DNA of 63,126 nt, counting the filler, from Porpidia crustulata (lineage: Eukaryota): the NCBI GenBank assembly GCA_964255105.1. It is 4 parts of 4 records of this genome, joined end to end, with 100 filler letters (N's around TTAATTAATTAA, not from the genome) between each part and the next. Parts side by side here need not be neighbours in the genome. Positions count along the whole stretch, not along the records: positions 1 to 15,739 come from CAXUWE010000284.1; 3 more parts are not named here. One strand, given 5' to 3'. Positions 1-13,400 of this stretch are shown here, one piece after another (the stretch's first letter is position 1; every line of letters starts with the position of its first letter). The position numbers and the translations under genes were made by a program. The notes below the pieces were generated by a model that saw only the letters and a program-made list of their open reading frames with translations, had not been told where the DNA came from and did not search any database.

Positions 1-1280
1 GTGCGCTTTTTCTATGGGGTTTGGGGAGGGGTTTGGGATTTTGGACGTACCCGGCTGTGAGCATCTCGATGAGATGCTGCTCCGTTGTTCCCGTTTCTTC
101 GCTCCTTCGCAGGCCGCTGAATATTCCCCTCTGGCCTAACAGGGCTCTCCCCGCCGCTCGCTTCACCTCGATCATCTCCGGTTGATCAATCTCCGCTTTG
201 GGCGGTATGGCGTAGAAATCCAAATCTTCTCTCAGTACGATGATACCCGCGCGGTCTTGTAACATATCGCGGGCGGAGCCTGGAGCATTGGTAGTGTCTG
301 TCGAAGTCGTGGCTGAGGTTTCGGTGGGTGAAGAGACGGGGGATGGGGACGATGAAGGGATGGTTTGGGCAACGTGGCGGAAGAACTCGAGCATGTATTG
401 GAGGGAGGCGGGATCATACTAAATTTGGCTTTAAGTTAGTCATCTCTGCACGAATGACCCAAAGGACGACGTACGTCAACAGGGTAGACGTCTCCTTCAT
501 GGAAAGAGTTCATGTGACCATCAGGGAGAAGGCCGTTTGGGAACAGCGATAGTAACACAAATTCTGGAAGAGTCAAAAGTTCGTCTCTCGATAGTGTGAA
601 GCGAGTGCCTCTGTGCGATTAATTAGCTATTGTTGAGAAGATCCTTAAAATCTTCTTACCGTAGGTCAAGTGTGATATGCTCGTCTGCACCCACGTCTGC
701 GGTGCGCTAAGGTTAGCATCTCTCATTGCAAAATTAAAGTTGTCCCTCCCCCTGTTTCTTACACACCTGCTAGAGTCGTTACAGGCGCTGCGCCACCTTG
801 CTGCACCTGCGTGATTATACTCGCGGCCCCGCCTGCGGCAGCCATCACGTACGTGAACGAGTCAAGCGGACTCGAGCCCTCAGTGTATGGCGGTGGCGGT
901 TCGGACTCTTCCGCACTCTTGCTCGAGGGCTCGCCCTTATTATCGGAAGGAAGAGCAGCCTTTGTCTCCGCCTCGACACTGTTGGCACCGGCAAGCGCAG
1001 CTTCGAACGGTGGAGCTGGACGGAAAGGCGGTGGTGGGCAGGAACCGGGTTCGGTCACAGAGGCTTTGAAATGGTCTGGATTATTTCCAATGGGAAAGTA
1101 GAGCGAGGAAAAGGGTGGTGGAGCTTGGGATACAAGTGTTGAAGAAGACGCTGGTGGTGGGTTGGTAGGTGGCTCTGTATAAGGAGGCCCAGCGTCGGAA
1201 GCAATCGTAGACACGTGGAAAGAGATCTTGTCGGACACGGACGAGCCGTCACTGGAATCTCGTGTCACCGACAATGCGAT
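1..1280 (-). CDS. WHI2: WHI2 growth/stress regulator (BTB-like phosphatase activator), 3' end runs off the contig
   Basis: Inferred exons (1280 or 845)-767, 696-660, 610-475, 418-51, all with GT-AG introns. Spliced product contains HITLDLRGTRFTLSRDELLTLPEFVLLSLFPNGL, VDYDPASLQYMLEFFR, GIIVLREDLDFYAIPP and EQHLIEMLTAG, typical of fungal Whi2. First in-frame ATG is at 845. Confidence 0.9.
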
Positions 1281-1873
1281 GGTGTTTGAGTTGTTTACTA
1301 TGATGGTTCATGTAACGAAAACCCAGCAGTGGCTGGATTGAATCACTTCAACCTGGTACCTCTTGTTGGTTCAGCAGATCATAGATCTCAACTTTCTATC
1401 TCTCCAACTCGTACAGGACACTGATTCTATCCTGAAAGACGTGTTTTAATCTCAATGATGGTTGAATGTTGATGAAGTCAATTTAGAGTTGATTGATACA
1501 GCGGCAGTTTGTTAGCGTTAGCCCCTGAAGTAGCCTGGAGATCCCTAAGTCTGGGCTCTCTGGGCTCTCTGGGCCCTCTGGATAAACAGCCCCAACGCCA
1601 CAACTCCCTGAAATGCTGTCTATGCTCTCGGTGTAAACCTTGAACTCTTCATTCTTTCCAATGTCCACACATCTTTACTTATCTAGTTTGTCCCTCTGTA
1701 ACATGGAGAAAACAATCTCGAAGCGATATATTGACTAATTATTCAACTATCTAAACATGCGATGTGGATAATGTTTCAAAGGTGAGGCTGGAGTATGTTT
1801 GATCAATGGTTTTTGAGGTACTACAGGGTATAGAATCAAACTTCTAAGCTAGCTCGATCAATACAATACTTTT

Positions 1874-3560
1874 CTATTGCTTTGTCGACGAGACCTTGCA
1901 AGGATATCCATCTGCAGGGTGTGCACTTCCCAGAATCATCTGATATCCTCGCTCTCCACGAACTTCCTTGATACCCTTTCCCGGGTGTAATCGATCCCAT
2001 TCGTCAAATCCACCCTCGACCTTCAATTCCCTGACTGTCATCACAAGAACCATCTTCATTTCCATCATCGCAAGCTCTTGTCCAATGCAAGTTCTGGGAC
2101 CGAACTCAAAGGGCCGCCATGCGTTCTGGACAGGATGTAAAGGGTCTTCCTCGCTCACCAGCCAACGTTCTGGGATGAATTCATCCGGCTTTGGCCAATA
2201 CCGCGGGTTACGATGCAGGCCATGATGGTTTCCCCAGACCAGACACTTATCGGTCGGAAACCTTCGGCCCTCCGAGTCTGTCAGAATGAAATTTGGGATG
2301 CCTTGACGAGTAGTGGTCACAACGGGGAAAAGTCGCAAAGTCTCTTTAATCACGGCAATGGTGAAGGGGAGAGCATTCAAGATGTGTGGGTCATTCTCAA
2401 TCATTGTTTCCGCTGCCTCGGTACTCCTGCCAAAGACAGAATCATGTTCTTGTCTTATACGATCCAATGCAGATGGACTTCGCCATAGATTGTGGAAGAT
2501 GTAGCAGATCGTCGAAGCCGTAGTGTCATGCCCTGCGAAGACGAAGACCTTTAGCTGGCTGGTGGCGAAGTCACGAAACGTGGAATCCATGCCCGTTTCT
2601 GTATTCCCGGATTTGGCCGCCGTCTCTTCATGATAGGCGTTCAAGGCTAAGTCGATAACGGATTTACCCGTGACTTTGCCCCGATTGGAAGAATAGCGTG
2701 CCTGAAGCCGTGGAACAATCCAGCGATTCATCCTGTAAGTATTCCATCGTCTTACAAGTGGGGCGATTGGATTTAGAAATGCGAAAGGGCTGAGCTCAAT
2801 ACCAAATGAACACCACGGAATCTGATCACGAAGAGCTACCGTCATGTCGCAGTAAGATGTCTGACTATTGAAGCGGACATCCATTGCAACCCTGCCTATA
2901 ACATCGATGGCAAGATTCAGAGCATGGTCTTCCAGTCGGAATAGATCACCCTTGGTTACGTGGTTTCTCAGGACGTCACGGAAAACTTTGACTTCCTCCA
3001 TGACGCTTCCACCGAGTGTGTTGATATGGCTGGCACTGAAGCCTGGATTAAATATCCGCCTCCAACTTTTCCACATCTGCCCCTCCATGGAGACTAGATC
3101 GTGCTCTCCCGTAAGAGGTTCAAGAAAGCGGCGCATACCGATGTGCTTCTGGAGGTAACGATCCTGAGTGTACTGATACGTCATGTCAGGTGATACGATC
3201 ACAAGTACTGGCGGACCGAACGGCCAAGTATCCAAGTAAAAGGCGGGTCCCAGGTCGGGATACTCGCGATTGATCTGATCTGCGAGATAATGACCGTGAG
3301 CGTTGCTTGGAAGTCGTCCAAGTACGCGCGCACTCAGAGCGATATGACCCAGAATTGGATGATGCGGTGGCATAGGCTATGTTACAACGGCTTGAATCAA
3401 TATGAGAGTAACAATTCGCAGATTATAGACTCACAAGGCCTTGCTCTCGGAGACGCCGAAAGAAGATGCGTGCATTATAGAGCTTCACTAGAAAGGTGAC
3501 AATGGCTATACTGCCAACGACAAGCAGCGATCGCAGGAACATCTTTGAATTAGACTCCAT
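1874..3560 (-). CDS. Cytochrome P450 monooxygenase (StcS/AflN-like)
   Basis: Exon 1 (3560-3435) encodes the membrane anchor MESNSKMFLRSLLVVGSIAIVTFLVK. Intron about 3434-3377. Exon 2 has AGHDTT (I-helix), ETLR, PERW and heme motif FEFGPRTCIG. Confidence 0.93.
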
Positions 3561-5321
3561 TGCAGAAGTGTGGTCCACCAGGCGTCTAATCTTGCGTTGT
3601 GTTGAATTTGACCATCAGTGAGCCCGATGCTTGATGGAGTGTACGAGTCAATACTCTGATGTTGCGTGAGGTCTCTTAAAACACTTGATTGTGAACAAGG
3701 CCGCAATTACCCGTATTGCTCTTGCCAGTTGCCATTACCGAAGCTAACGTTTGGAGAGATTTCAAACCGTTGTAATCTTGAAGCCTAGGTGGTAAATGAC
3801 CATGGCCTGTTCTGAATAGTGTGTCCTTCTCAGCCCACACTAACCGCTGATTATGATTCTGAGCACCGGGAGGATGATAATGCGGGCTGTGCTGTACAGA
3901 AGTGAATGGGAGATTCACCGGTTGCGGGTCGAGCGGGATACCAAGGGCTGAAACAGCTATCAGGGATCCCAAAGGATCGATATGTGATTGGATTGTATCC
4001 ATGGTCAAGTAAGGTTTTCAGGTGAAATACCCTACGCATTATCCCGTGAGGCTGTAAGAAGTCAAAACTGGCACTTGATACTGTTATTGATAGGTTGACC
4101 AGTAAAGTACCTACCTACCTACTAGCACTGGCACTACACACGCGTGACACGTAAGGTACCTTGGTACCTTAGTGTGGGTAGATATCGGTATGTCCACTTT
4201 AGTAATGTGGTTGCGTGGAGGCTGGCGGGTGATTTGCATGAGCGCTAGCAGGGGCTAATACGACAGCGTGACATCAACTGGCGGTAGTAGGGATACGTGA
4301 ATACCTAATCTGTACCACATACGTACATACCTATACATCAATAGGTAAGGTACCTACCTAAGTCTGGTGGCTTAGAAAAGTCCTACCCCAGAGTCAATAC
4401 ATTCGTCGCGGCATGCAATCCTTCTCCGGCATCAGCAATGATTAAGCGCTCCACTCCAACACAGATTCACCTTGGCGTTCCCCATCCCTCGTGTCTCCCC
4501 TCTACAGGCTGGATCCAGAACTTCCAGGTGTGGTTGCCCAGGCTCGCTACGGCTTTGTCCAGGACCCGGCGTCCTTAGGGTCGCAGACCTCTTGCTTTAC
4601 CCCTGCCATAAAGCCGCATTCGAGTCATGCATCAGACGCATCATCGGTAGGCACAGCACATTTGGCTGTGGTAGAGCTAGATGTAGCTATACAATCCGTG
4701 TGCTCATACTTGTCAGCATCATAAAACGTCGTTTCCGACCCTTTCGCCTTTATTTTCCTATACAGATGCTGAGCTAGAGTTGATGGTATGCACAACCGGA
4801 CACGTGTGTGCTAATGCTATGCCTGCCATATCCTTACGCCAGGATCGGAGGAACTCTTGCTGTGACTGACCCCCATGATGCATCGAAACTATGCCGATTT
4901 CCGCAGCAAATTCCGCTATCGAGAGCGCGAAAAGAACCTTGATTCAAGATGGCTGTGTTTGAACTATGGGACTATCTCGGGCAAGTTGATGGATTGTGTT
5001 TTAGCGGGAGGCGCAGCCCAGTCCCATACCACAATCAGCTATCCAACGACTTCCACGCTACGGTATTTCTACTCCCGCGCACTACCGGAAGCCTCTTAAG
5101 ATTCTGTCGCTACTAGCAGCAAGATACCGCAATTGGGTTTTTCGTGATTCGCCGTGCCACCTGCCCCTCTCTGAGTTGTCATGCTGAGGTGTATTATCGA
5201 CCATGGCTTCTCTGAGCTTAGACACAGTAACGATTAGGTTGCGGCTGAGTTGCGTCGTGTGAGACCTGAATGGATCAATTAGCGAAACCGTGGGCACACC
5301 ACTGTAGGACTTGGTGTTGCA

Positions 5322-6679
5322 TCAACATACTCTCTCCGAAATTAGTGAAAGATCATGCTGGACCCTGATCGCTTGATGGCGTTGATCCGGGTCCGAAGCC
5401 CACAGACGGTCACCATCGTCTCCTTCGAGCGGCTCAGAGCGACTATGCATGCTCAATGGATTGGAAGCTCCTCGACCTCGGATGAATGTGTGCAAACCAG
5501 TCATGACAGGTCGAGGTATTTTGGGTAATGGATCTTTGGGAACCTCGCGCAATTCTTCGTTGGAAACTTCGAATCCCCGCTGCTCCTCGGAGGTTCTCCG
5601 CCAGGTGCGCGGACTGAACATCCTCTTCACAAGAGCCAGACGACCGGTGTAGGAAGAGTCCTTTGCTGGCGATTGCACGCGGGCGCTGCGAACCACAAAG
5701 AACGAACGAAAAGCTGTAAGAGAAGCCATGATGACAGCCACAGAAGCTTCGACATATTGCCAATACACTTCCCAGATAACGTCCACGGAGCTGCCGTTCG
5801 CAAGCAGAAGTCCTGACGCGCGTATGATGGTGACGATTATCATCACCACTGACAAGCAAAGAGATAGTGCTAAAGCCAATTTCTGAGACATATTGACGCG
5901 GATTCTCCAGATGAGATTGACTGGTATCGCGATGACTGTAATGAGAATATTAGCGAGACCGATGAATTATGCTTTAGGCAGGGGAACCGACCGAATATAT
6001 CGGTCAGAATATCTAGAACCACAAGCAGCGCTGCCAGTCCAACAGTTTTGGGTAGATTGGGACCCGACGCACATGTGACTATTATAGATGTTAGTGACGT
6101 TAGGATTTTAGAAATGTGCGGACATACGCGATAGTGGTGGAGTGAAATGTGGGCAAGGTATTATAAACCCAGCCACCCCATATGCCCACACGACCGCGTT
6201 CACAGCGGTAACGGCTTTCCAATATGTAGTAAGAGGCCGATTCCGATCAATCAATTTGCGGAACAGAGCTAAGAAGCTAAATTTCACGGCAAATATCGCT
6301 GTCCACAGGAGGATTAAGCAGGCGTCGCTGAGTTTGTGAAACGCGATAGTCTGGTCAATAAAGTCGGGCGGCGGTATTGTGATGGTCGCGGTAATAAGTG
6401 CCTCGGCGAGGTACATCTTATCAAGGAAATTAAAAAGAAGACCAGTCGCTGCGCAGAGAGTTACAGAGGCAAACAAGAGGAAGCCATCGTCGAAGCCGAA
6501 ATATTTCTGGACACGAATGCGGATCCAAAGCCGGATCAGAAGGGTCACCAGGGCGAGGGCAAATAAGGTCAAAACCGAAGCCTTCCGTTCGTCAGCAGAT
6601 CGCTAGAACAGCATGAAAGATGGTGACTTACAACCAGAGCCGGCCGATGGACACGTCCAGCACTATCGGTGGAAGACAT
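5322..6679 (-). CDS. PTH11-like (non-CFEM) fungal rhodopsin-domain 7TM integral membrane protein
   Basis: ATG 6679, then a GTAAGT intron. Motifs RLWIRIR..FGFDDGFL, KFSFLALFRKL, D(I/L)..IAIPVNLIW and EASVAVIMASL match the PTH11-like pattern. The 3' end may include a further small exon (GTATGT donor near 5330). Confidence 0.8.
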
Positions 6680-7508
6680 ACTATTCAATATCAGGGATTC
6701 AATGTAATTCCAAAAGCATTATTCTGGATCGCAAGAGTAGTGAATCTGCACGACGCGCTGACTGACGAAGAGACGCAGTCGGAGAGAGAAGAACTTAGGA
6801 TATTCAAAAAACCCAGAACACACAGGCTCTGCCATCTCCATGAAGTAGGTTGTGAAACCATGGCGTCCATGATCACCCGATGGGCGATGACCATGCAAGA
6901 ACGAGGCGTAGGATGTTACTAATATTGATAGCGAAATATCATAATGCGATTCCACAGAAATATAAGCTTTGCCGAAAGACGTGCATAATGGCGTAGCTCT
7001 AGTCAGAAGCTGAATCTAGCGTTTGACGCGATCATCGGCAGGTAAGTGGAAAGGCTGTGTGGCTGGCAAATCCGCTTCCAACGTTGACGAACGATGCGGT
7101 GAGGTCCAAACGCTGGACCGTGCTTCAGCTCGTGAATCGTCCGTCAAAATGCAAGCAGCCAAATGCGAATCCTGGCCAAAGGCTTCGAGAGACACTTGGT
7201 TTGATTCCATTGACGACGAAACGAAAAGCAGCCGGCAAAACACCGCCTCTAAACATCTTCCCGAAAAGTCTAGGCCGTAAGTAGTAGGCTGCGGTGAGAA
7301 CCAGGCCTCTGAAAGTCCTCGATGGCGGCTGCCACCTATAGTCCACGAATGGGAGCTTACATCAGGGATGGCGGTTTTGTCAGACAAGGCTGAACTTCGA
7401 AAGCTTTGCCTTAGAGATAAGGCATGATTAGGTCTCTGCGTTGGAGACTGGCCGTCTTTTATGTACTGCGCGTACCCATTGTACCATAGATGACCCATCT
7501 GATAAATC

Positions 7509-9489
7509 ATGTCTCAAGTATACCTGTGGTCGAACCTCACGATACCGTCTTATAACTTCGTACCTGAAGACTCTCGTAGTCTCCTCTGCCAAGCTGCAGG
7601 TTTCCAAGATAAATTTCACTCCCTTTGCGCGTTGGTTTTCATATATGGATTTCCCTTACTTCTCCCCTGCCTTTTTACTTACTATTTCGTGTCCGATGGC
7701 GCTGGCAAAGACCAAAGCATTGAGTGTATTCCTCCGTCTTATCCGAACAAACTTCCAGTACTGGGGCACGCCATTGCTTTTGCATTAGATATGCCAGGGA
7801 CCATTACTCGATTTGCGTACTGGCCACCGAGACATCGCCACGGGTGCGCTTGCTAATTATGATATAGGCATCGTTCCAAAGGGGTACCCTATAGGCTCCA
7901 TCTTTACGTCATGGATATTTTCCTTCTATCCCGAGTCACTGACGTTATCTCGTTGCTCAGCCAATCTCAAACCACGAGCAATAAGACCTACCGCGAGATC
8001 GCCGTTGGAACAATTTTCGGGATGCCCCTACAAGCCAGGAAATTCATCGCGTCGGATAACTCAGGCTTGAATCATAAGCCGTTCCATGAGAGCAATGTTC
8101 CACCGGAAGAACGGATAGATTATCTGACTCATGTTTCCATGGGTAAATTCATTCATGGGCCTGGCTTAAAGCCATTAGCCGCAAGATTTACCCAGAATAT
8201 CTTACAAAACTTTCTGGACCTTGATATAGACGATAGATGGACCGAGCTACCGGATCTCTACCAATTCATCCAAAAATGCATATTTAATGCCTCTGTACCA
8301 GCTATGTTTGGTCAACATCTCATTCGGCGCAACTCATCATTCTGCGAGGATTTCTGGAACTTTGATGCTGCCGTCCCTGATCTAGCGAAAGGCTTGCCAA
8401 GTTGGTTGATTCCAAATGCGTTCAAGGCTCGTGACAGATGTTTGGAGACGATCAAGAAACACCATCTTTTCCTCAATCGACACCAGAAAGAAATGATTCC
8501 GAGTGGGAGGACCGATGATTATCACGATCTATATGGCGCCGAAATCATTCGGTATAGGCACAATATGTGGTCGAAGATGAATGGAATCGATGCCAATGCT
8601 AGAGCCGCAGAAGACTTGGGATTTATTTGGGGGTGAGTAGATACTCATTTCTGAAGTTCACCAGTTGCTGATTTCATATAGTGCGAACTCGAACTCAAGC
8701 CATGCGGCCTTTTGGCTTACGTATTATACTCTTCGCAATACTGAGGCTCTGTGCCATGTTCGAGAGGCCTGGGAGCCCGCGGTGGCCGCGTCTGGCCACA
8801 TCAGCCTCGAAAAGCTTTGCGCCTCACCATACGTCTCGGCACTTTATGCAGAGACTCTGCGTCTCCGAAGCTCGAGCATCGTAATGCGGAAAGCAAATCG
8901 CGCAGACCTCCGCTTTGGAAGATGGCTGATTCCGAAAGGTAGCATCGTCGGCTTTACTGGATGGACAACACACTTTGACGAAAGCCTCTGGAATACTGGT
9001 ACACAACAGGACCCTCATCCCCTGACAGAATTTTGGCCTGATCGCTTTCTCGCCTATCCCGATGGCCGCCAGACTGGGCCAGCAAGACTGAGAACGCAGA
9101 AGACATCCAACATTGGGCAGCACTCGTCAGATGTAAACGGTTTCACGGGTCATTCAGAGGTCTCTGCTACAGATGAACAAATACCGCAATCTTCCATTCA
9201 CGGGGATTCAAATTCAGCAAATAACAGCCTTTTGTCATCTCCGTCGCAACCAATATACACAACCGAAGGACTTCATGGTATCTTCGTCCCTTATGGCGGC
9301 GGCCAGAATACATGCCCAGGGCGCCACTTTGCGAAACAAGAGATTTTGCTGACTGTTGCGGCTCTGACATCGTATTTTGATATTGAGCTACTCGGTGCAG
9401 AGACAACGGAAAGCTACCGATTCTTTGGAACGGGGGTTTTAGGTCCCAAAGGAAGGACGCCTTTTCGGCTGCGGAGGCGGCAATTGTAA
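7509..9489 (+). CDS. Cytochrome P450, CYP7/CYP8 (sterol 7-alpha-hydroxylase/prostacyclin synthase)-like
   Basis: Exons 7509-7816, 7868-8632, 8682-9489. Motifs LPVLGHAIAF, FWNFD, I-helix IWGANSNS, ETLR, PDRF and heme motif PYGGGQNTCPGRHFAKQE. Confidence 0.9.
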
Positions 9490-10443
9490 TCTATACCCAA
9501 CGCTTTCATTCAGCATTGTTTTACTATTGGTAGCTGGGACGAGTTTCGTGTAGGATACGAGATACAAACATCACTGGAAGGCATGCATGCATATGCATGA
9601 ATGTATTTCCGATTCGTGGGAAAAGATACGTCGTAGATATTGCAACTTTGGATCACCCGCCAACTAAACAAGCACGGTTCTGGGCTAAGGTAGCACAGCG
9701 ATCATCGCAGAGGAAGCCTAACCATATTGCGTTAGGTAGCCGAGTGAGTCATAGACCTGCTATTCAGGGGGTGATGTACATAAACACTTACTACGTAGCC
9801 TGAAGATAGGGCGGATGAATGCAAGGCTACCAGTGACACCAACTAATCCACAAGGATGAGGCTCCTGAAGGAATTCTTCACCCTCTCGCCAGCCAATTGA
9901 GCGACGCCCAGCTGATCCTGAAGGATTGAGGCACAGCTGACAAGATATACCTCTATTGTGATTATCTCCCAGACTCCCAGACTCTCAGTCGATCTACGTC
10001 CCGACGTGTTACTGTAGCCTGACCAATTGTTTGCAGCTCTACCTACCCTCTTTATATGCAATAGGCCTTTCTAATTCGTGACTGCATGCGAGGCTTCTGC
10101 CTCTCGGAAAGCTTGGCCCAATGTAGTCAACCGTCTCCGGTTTGTACCCGCATGATTGCAGTACTAACTAGAGGGGATGATTGGGCGGTCTAAAGCAACT
10201 TCGAGGTACACACTACTACAGCTCGCCTATCCGTAACGTCTGCTTCAATCGAAGGAGTAGTACGTAGTAAGTAAGTCCAATGCGCAAGGGCGAATTACAG
10301 CCTTCATGCCAGGACATTCGCTCAGCCTCAGTATTCACGTTTTGTCCGTATGCGATGTCGATAGCTTACCAGCTAGTGCAAGTGAACACTATTCCACGAC
10401 TCGAATGTTACCGAAACATCTTTGTATTTTACGATTTGGTGTG

Positions 10444-13400
10444 ATGGACGGCCCTCGTGGGTCGGCTTCGTGCTCTGCAAATCGCGTTCATCTAATTGCA
10501 CAACGCGCCAGCTAGCACTCGAGAAATCTTTAGTCATTCGAAAGAAGGTGCCATGCCGGAAAATGAGGCCAAGCCGGTCTCGTGCGAAGAAAGTGCGAGA
10601 GCTTCCCCAAAGGATGCAGCATTGACGTCCAATTTTGAAAGATGGCTTACTCAAGAAGCTCCTAAGCGGAGTAGTCTCGGCGTCGCCTACCTGAATCTAC
10701 ACATTTATGGGCATGGTTTACAAGCAGACTACCAAAAGAACTTTGCGAATTACCCCCTAGCTTATCTAAACTCCATAACAGCTTTCTTTAAGAGCAGCGA
10801 ATCCCAGCGTGTTCACATTTTACGAAGTTTTGAAGGCCTAGTACACAGCGGAGAGGCATTGTTGGTCCTTGGACGCCCGGGAAGCGGCTGTACAACGCTA
10901 TTGAAGACATTAGCTGGGCATACACATGGCTTGCATATTGGCAGCGAGTCAAAGATCAACTATCAAGGTGCGACTATTTTCCATGATCTGCTCTTTAGCT
11001 GATATAGGAATCAGGTATCCACCCACGCGCAATGCACACCGAGTTCCGCGGCGAATGTACATACCAAGCTGACTCCGACGTTCATTTCCCTCATCTGAAT
11101 TTGTCCCAGACGTTGGCAGTAGCTGTCGAGGCCAGAGCTGCGGCTCGGCTCAATTCGGGTTCCAATGACGGATCTAATGTCATCTCAAGGCGTGATATGA
11201 TCGTCAGTACTTTAGGTCTTTCTCACGTGCTTGATACAAAGATGGGTAGCGATTTTGTAATAGGATTGAGTGGAGGCGAGCGGAAGAGGGCATCAATTGC
11301 AGAGCTCCTCATTAGTGACAGCGCCTTCCAGTGCTGGGATAACAGTACAAGGGGCCTTGACAGCACGAATGCCTTGCAATTTGTCAAGACCCTCAGAATG
11401 TTAGCTCAAATTACTGGCTCATTGGCGATTGTGAGCTTGTATCAAGCATCGCAAGATATCTTTGAGGTATACACATACGGTCCATCGCACTTCGAGGCTG
11501 ACATGATGTACTAGCTCTTTGATAAGGTGGTACTCCTTTACGAAGGTCGTCAAATATTCTTCGGGGGCGTCAAGACAGCTAAGGTGTTCTTTACTGAAAT
11601 GGGGTTCATCTGTCCTGAAAGAGCTAGCACGGCAGATTTCCTGACCTCATTGACCAATCCCGTGGAGCGGATAGTCAAGCAAGGCTTTGAGTTGAAAGTC
11701 CCTCGGACCTCAGACGAATTCGCATCTATATGGCAAAATAGCTCTGAGCGAGCTAGTCTCCGAAAAGAGATACACGATTACAACACGACCTATCCAACTA
11801 CGTCAGAACAAGAGACAGCATTTCGGCAAGCCCACAAGTCTAATATGGCTGTACAGATGTGAGTTCATGCTAGCATGCTCACAAAAGCTTTGTCACTAAT
11901 GCGGTGAAGTGGTTCTTCGCGATCGCCCTACATCGCTTCATTTCCACGCCAAATCCTAATTTGTATGATTCGTGGCTTCCAGAGACTTCGCGGTGATCTG
12001 ACTGCTCCTTTATCCAACATCGCTGGCAACTGCGTCATGTCAATCATTCTTGGTAGCATGTTCTACAATCTAGCGGAAGATACCAGCAGCTTCTACGGCC
12101 GGGGAGTTCTTTTGTTCTTCACAGTATTATTGAATACATTTCTAGGAGCGTTCGAGGTGAGATCGCGTTCACAAGGCAATGAAGAGAATTCGTGATACTG
12201 AAGGTGCAAACATAGGGTGTGGCTTTGTGGGAGCAAAGACCGATAGTAGAAAAGCATCATCGATATGCCTTCTATCATCCTAGCGCGGAGGCAATTGCAT
12301 CTATGATTTGCGATTTGCCAAACAAGTTCATTCTCACACTATTTTTTAATGTGCCTTTCTATTTTCTAGCGAATTTGCGCCGCAGTCCAGAAGCATTTTT
12401 TACATTCTACCTTTTTGCATTTGTAAGTCTTCTAACTGGTTCAATGCTGTTTCGAACGATTGGAGCCATGTCCCGTACGCTTACAGAGTCCATCGCGCCT
12501 GGAGCCGTGTTTGTCATGCTTCTCATCGTCTATACGGGCTTTATCTTGCCCATACCTAGCATGCACCCTTGGTTGAGCTGGTTCCGCTTCATCGATCCAG
12601 CTGCCTACGTGTTTGAGAGCCTAATGGTCAACGAGGTCAGTGCATCACGTGTTTTCCTGAGCACAATACTCATAATGATTATGCAGTTCTCAAGTCGCAG
12701 CTTTCCGTGCGCGACTTTTATCCCTCAGGGTCCATCATATATCAACGTAGACAGATTCGAGAAACAATGCGCAGTTGTTAGCGCGCAAACTGGATCACCT
12801 TTTATTAGCGGTAGTCGTTACATCCAAGAAAGCTTCCAATACGATGAAATCCATCAATGGAGGTACGAAGGATAGATTCCCAGCATTTCCTTTACTGACA
12901 GCTATGTTAGAAACTTAGGCATTGTCGCAGCATTCGCGATATCTCTCTGCGCTTTATACCTGCTTGCCACAGAATTTATAGCTGCACAACGTTCGAAGGG
13001 AGAAGTACTCGTGTACCGCCAGAGCCTTATACGTTCTCGGCACCGTGTAAAAGATGAGGAAACCAAAATTGAGCTTCCGCCATCGAGCGCATCTCGGACC
13101 AGACCGCGAGAGAAGGTTTTGCAAGTCGAAGGCCAAACCATTGACCTGCAACACACGCCACCAACGCTTCTATGGCAGGAACTACGGTATCACCTCGACA
13201 AGGGTCCGGTACAGCGTGCTCTATTAGACGGTATTGAGGGGTGGATTAAGCCAGGGACACTGACCGCCCTAATGGTACGTATTCGCTCAAACGTTCATAA
13301 AGCAAGATCTGATAGGGCCAAGGGATCCTCGGGAGCTGGTAAAACGACACTGCTCAATGTCTTAGCTAACAGAGCGTCTACAGGAGTGGTGAGCGGCGTG

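Noticed and set aside
4100..4365. TACC/GGTA repeats and GGTACC palindromes
   Set aside because: Common low-complexity fungal intergenic microsatellite with no spacer structure; not CRISPR-like.
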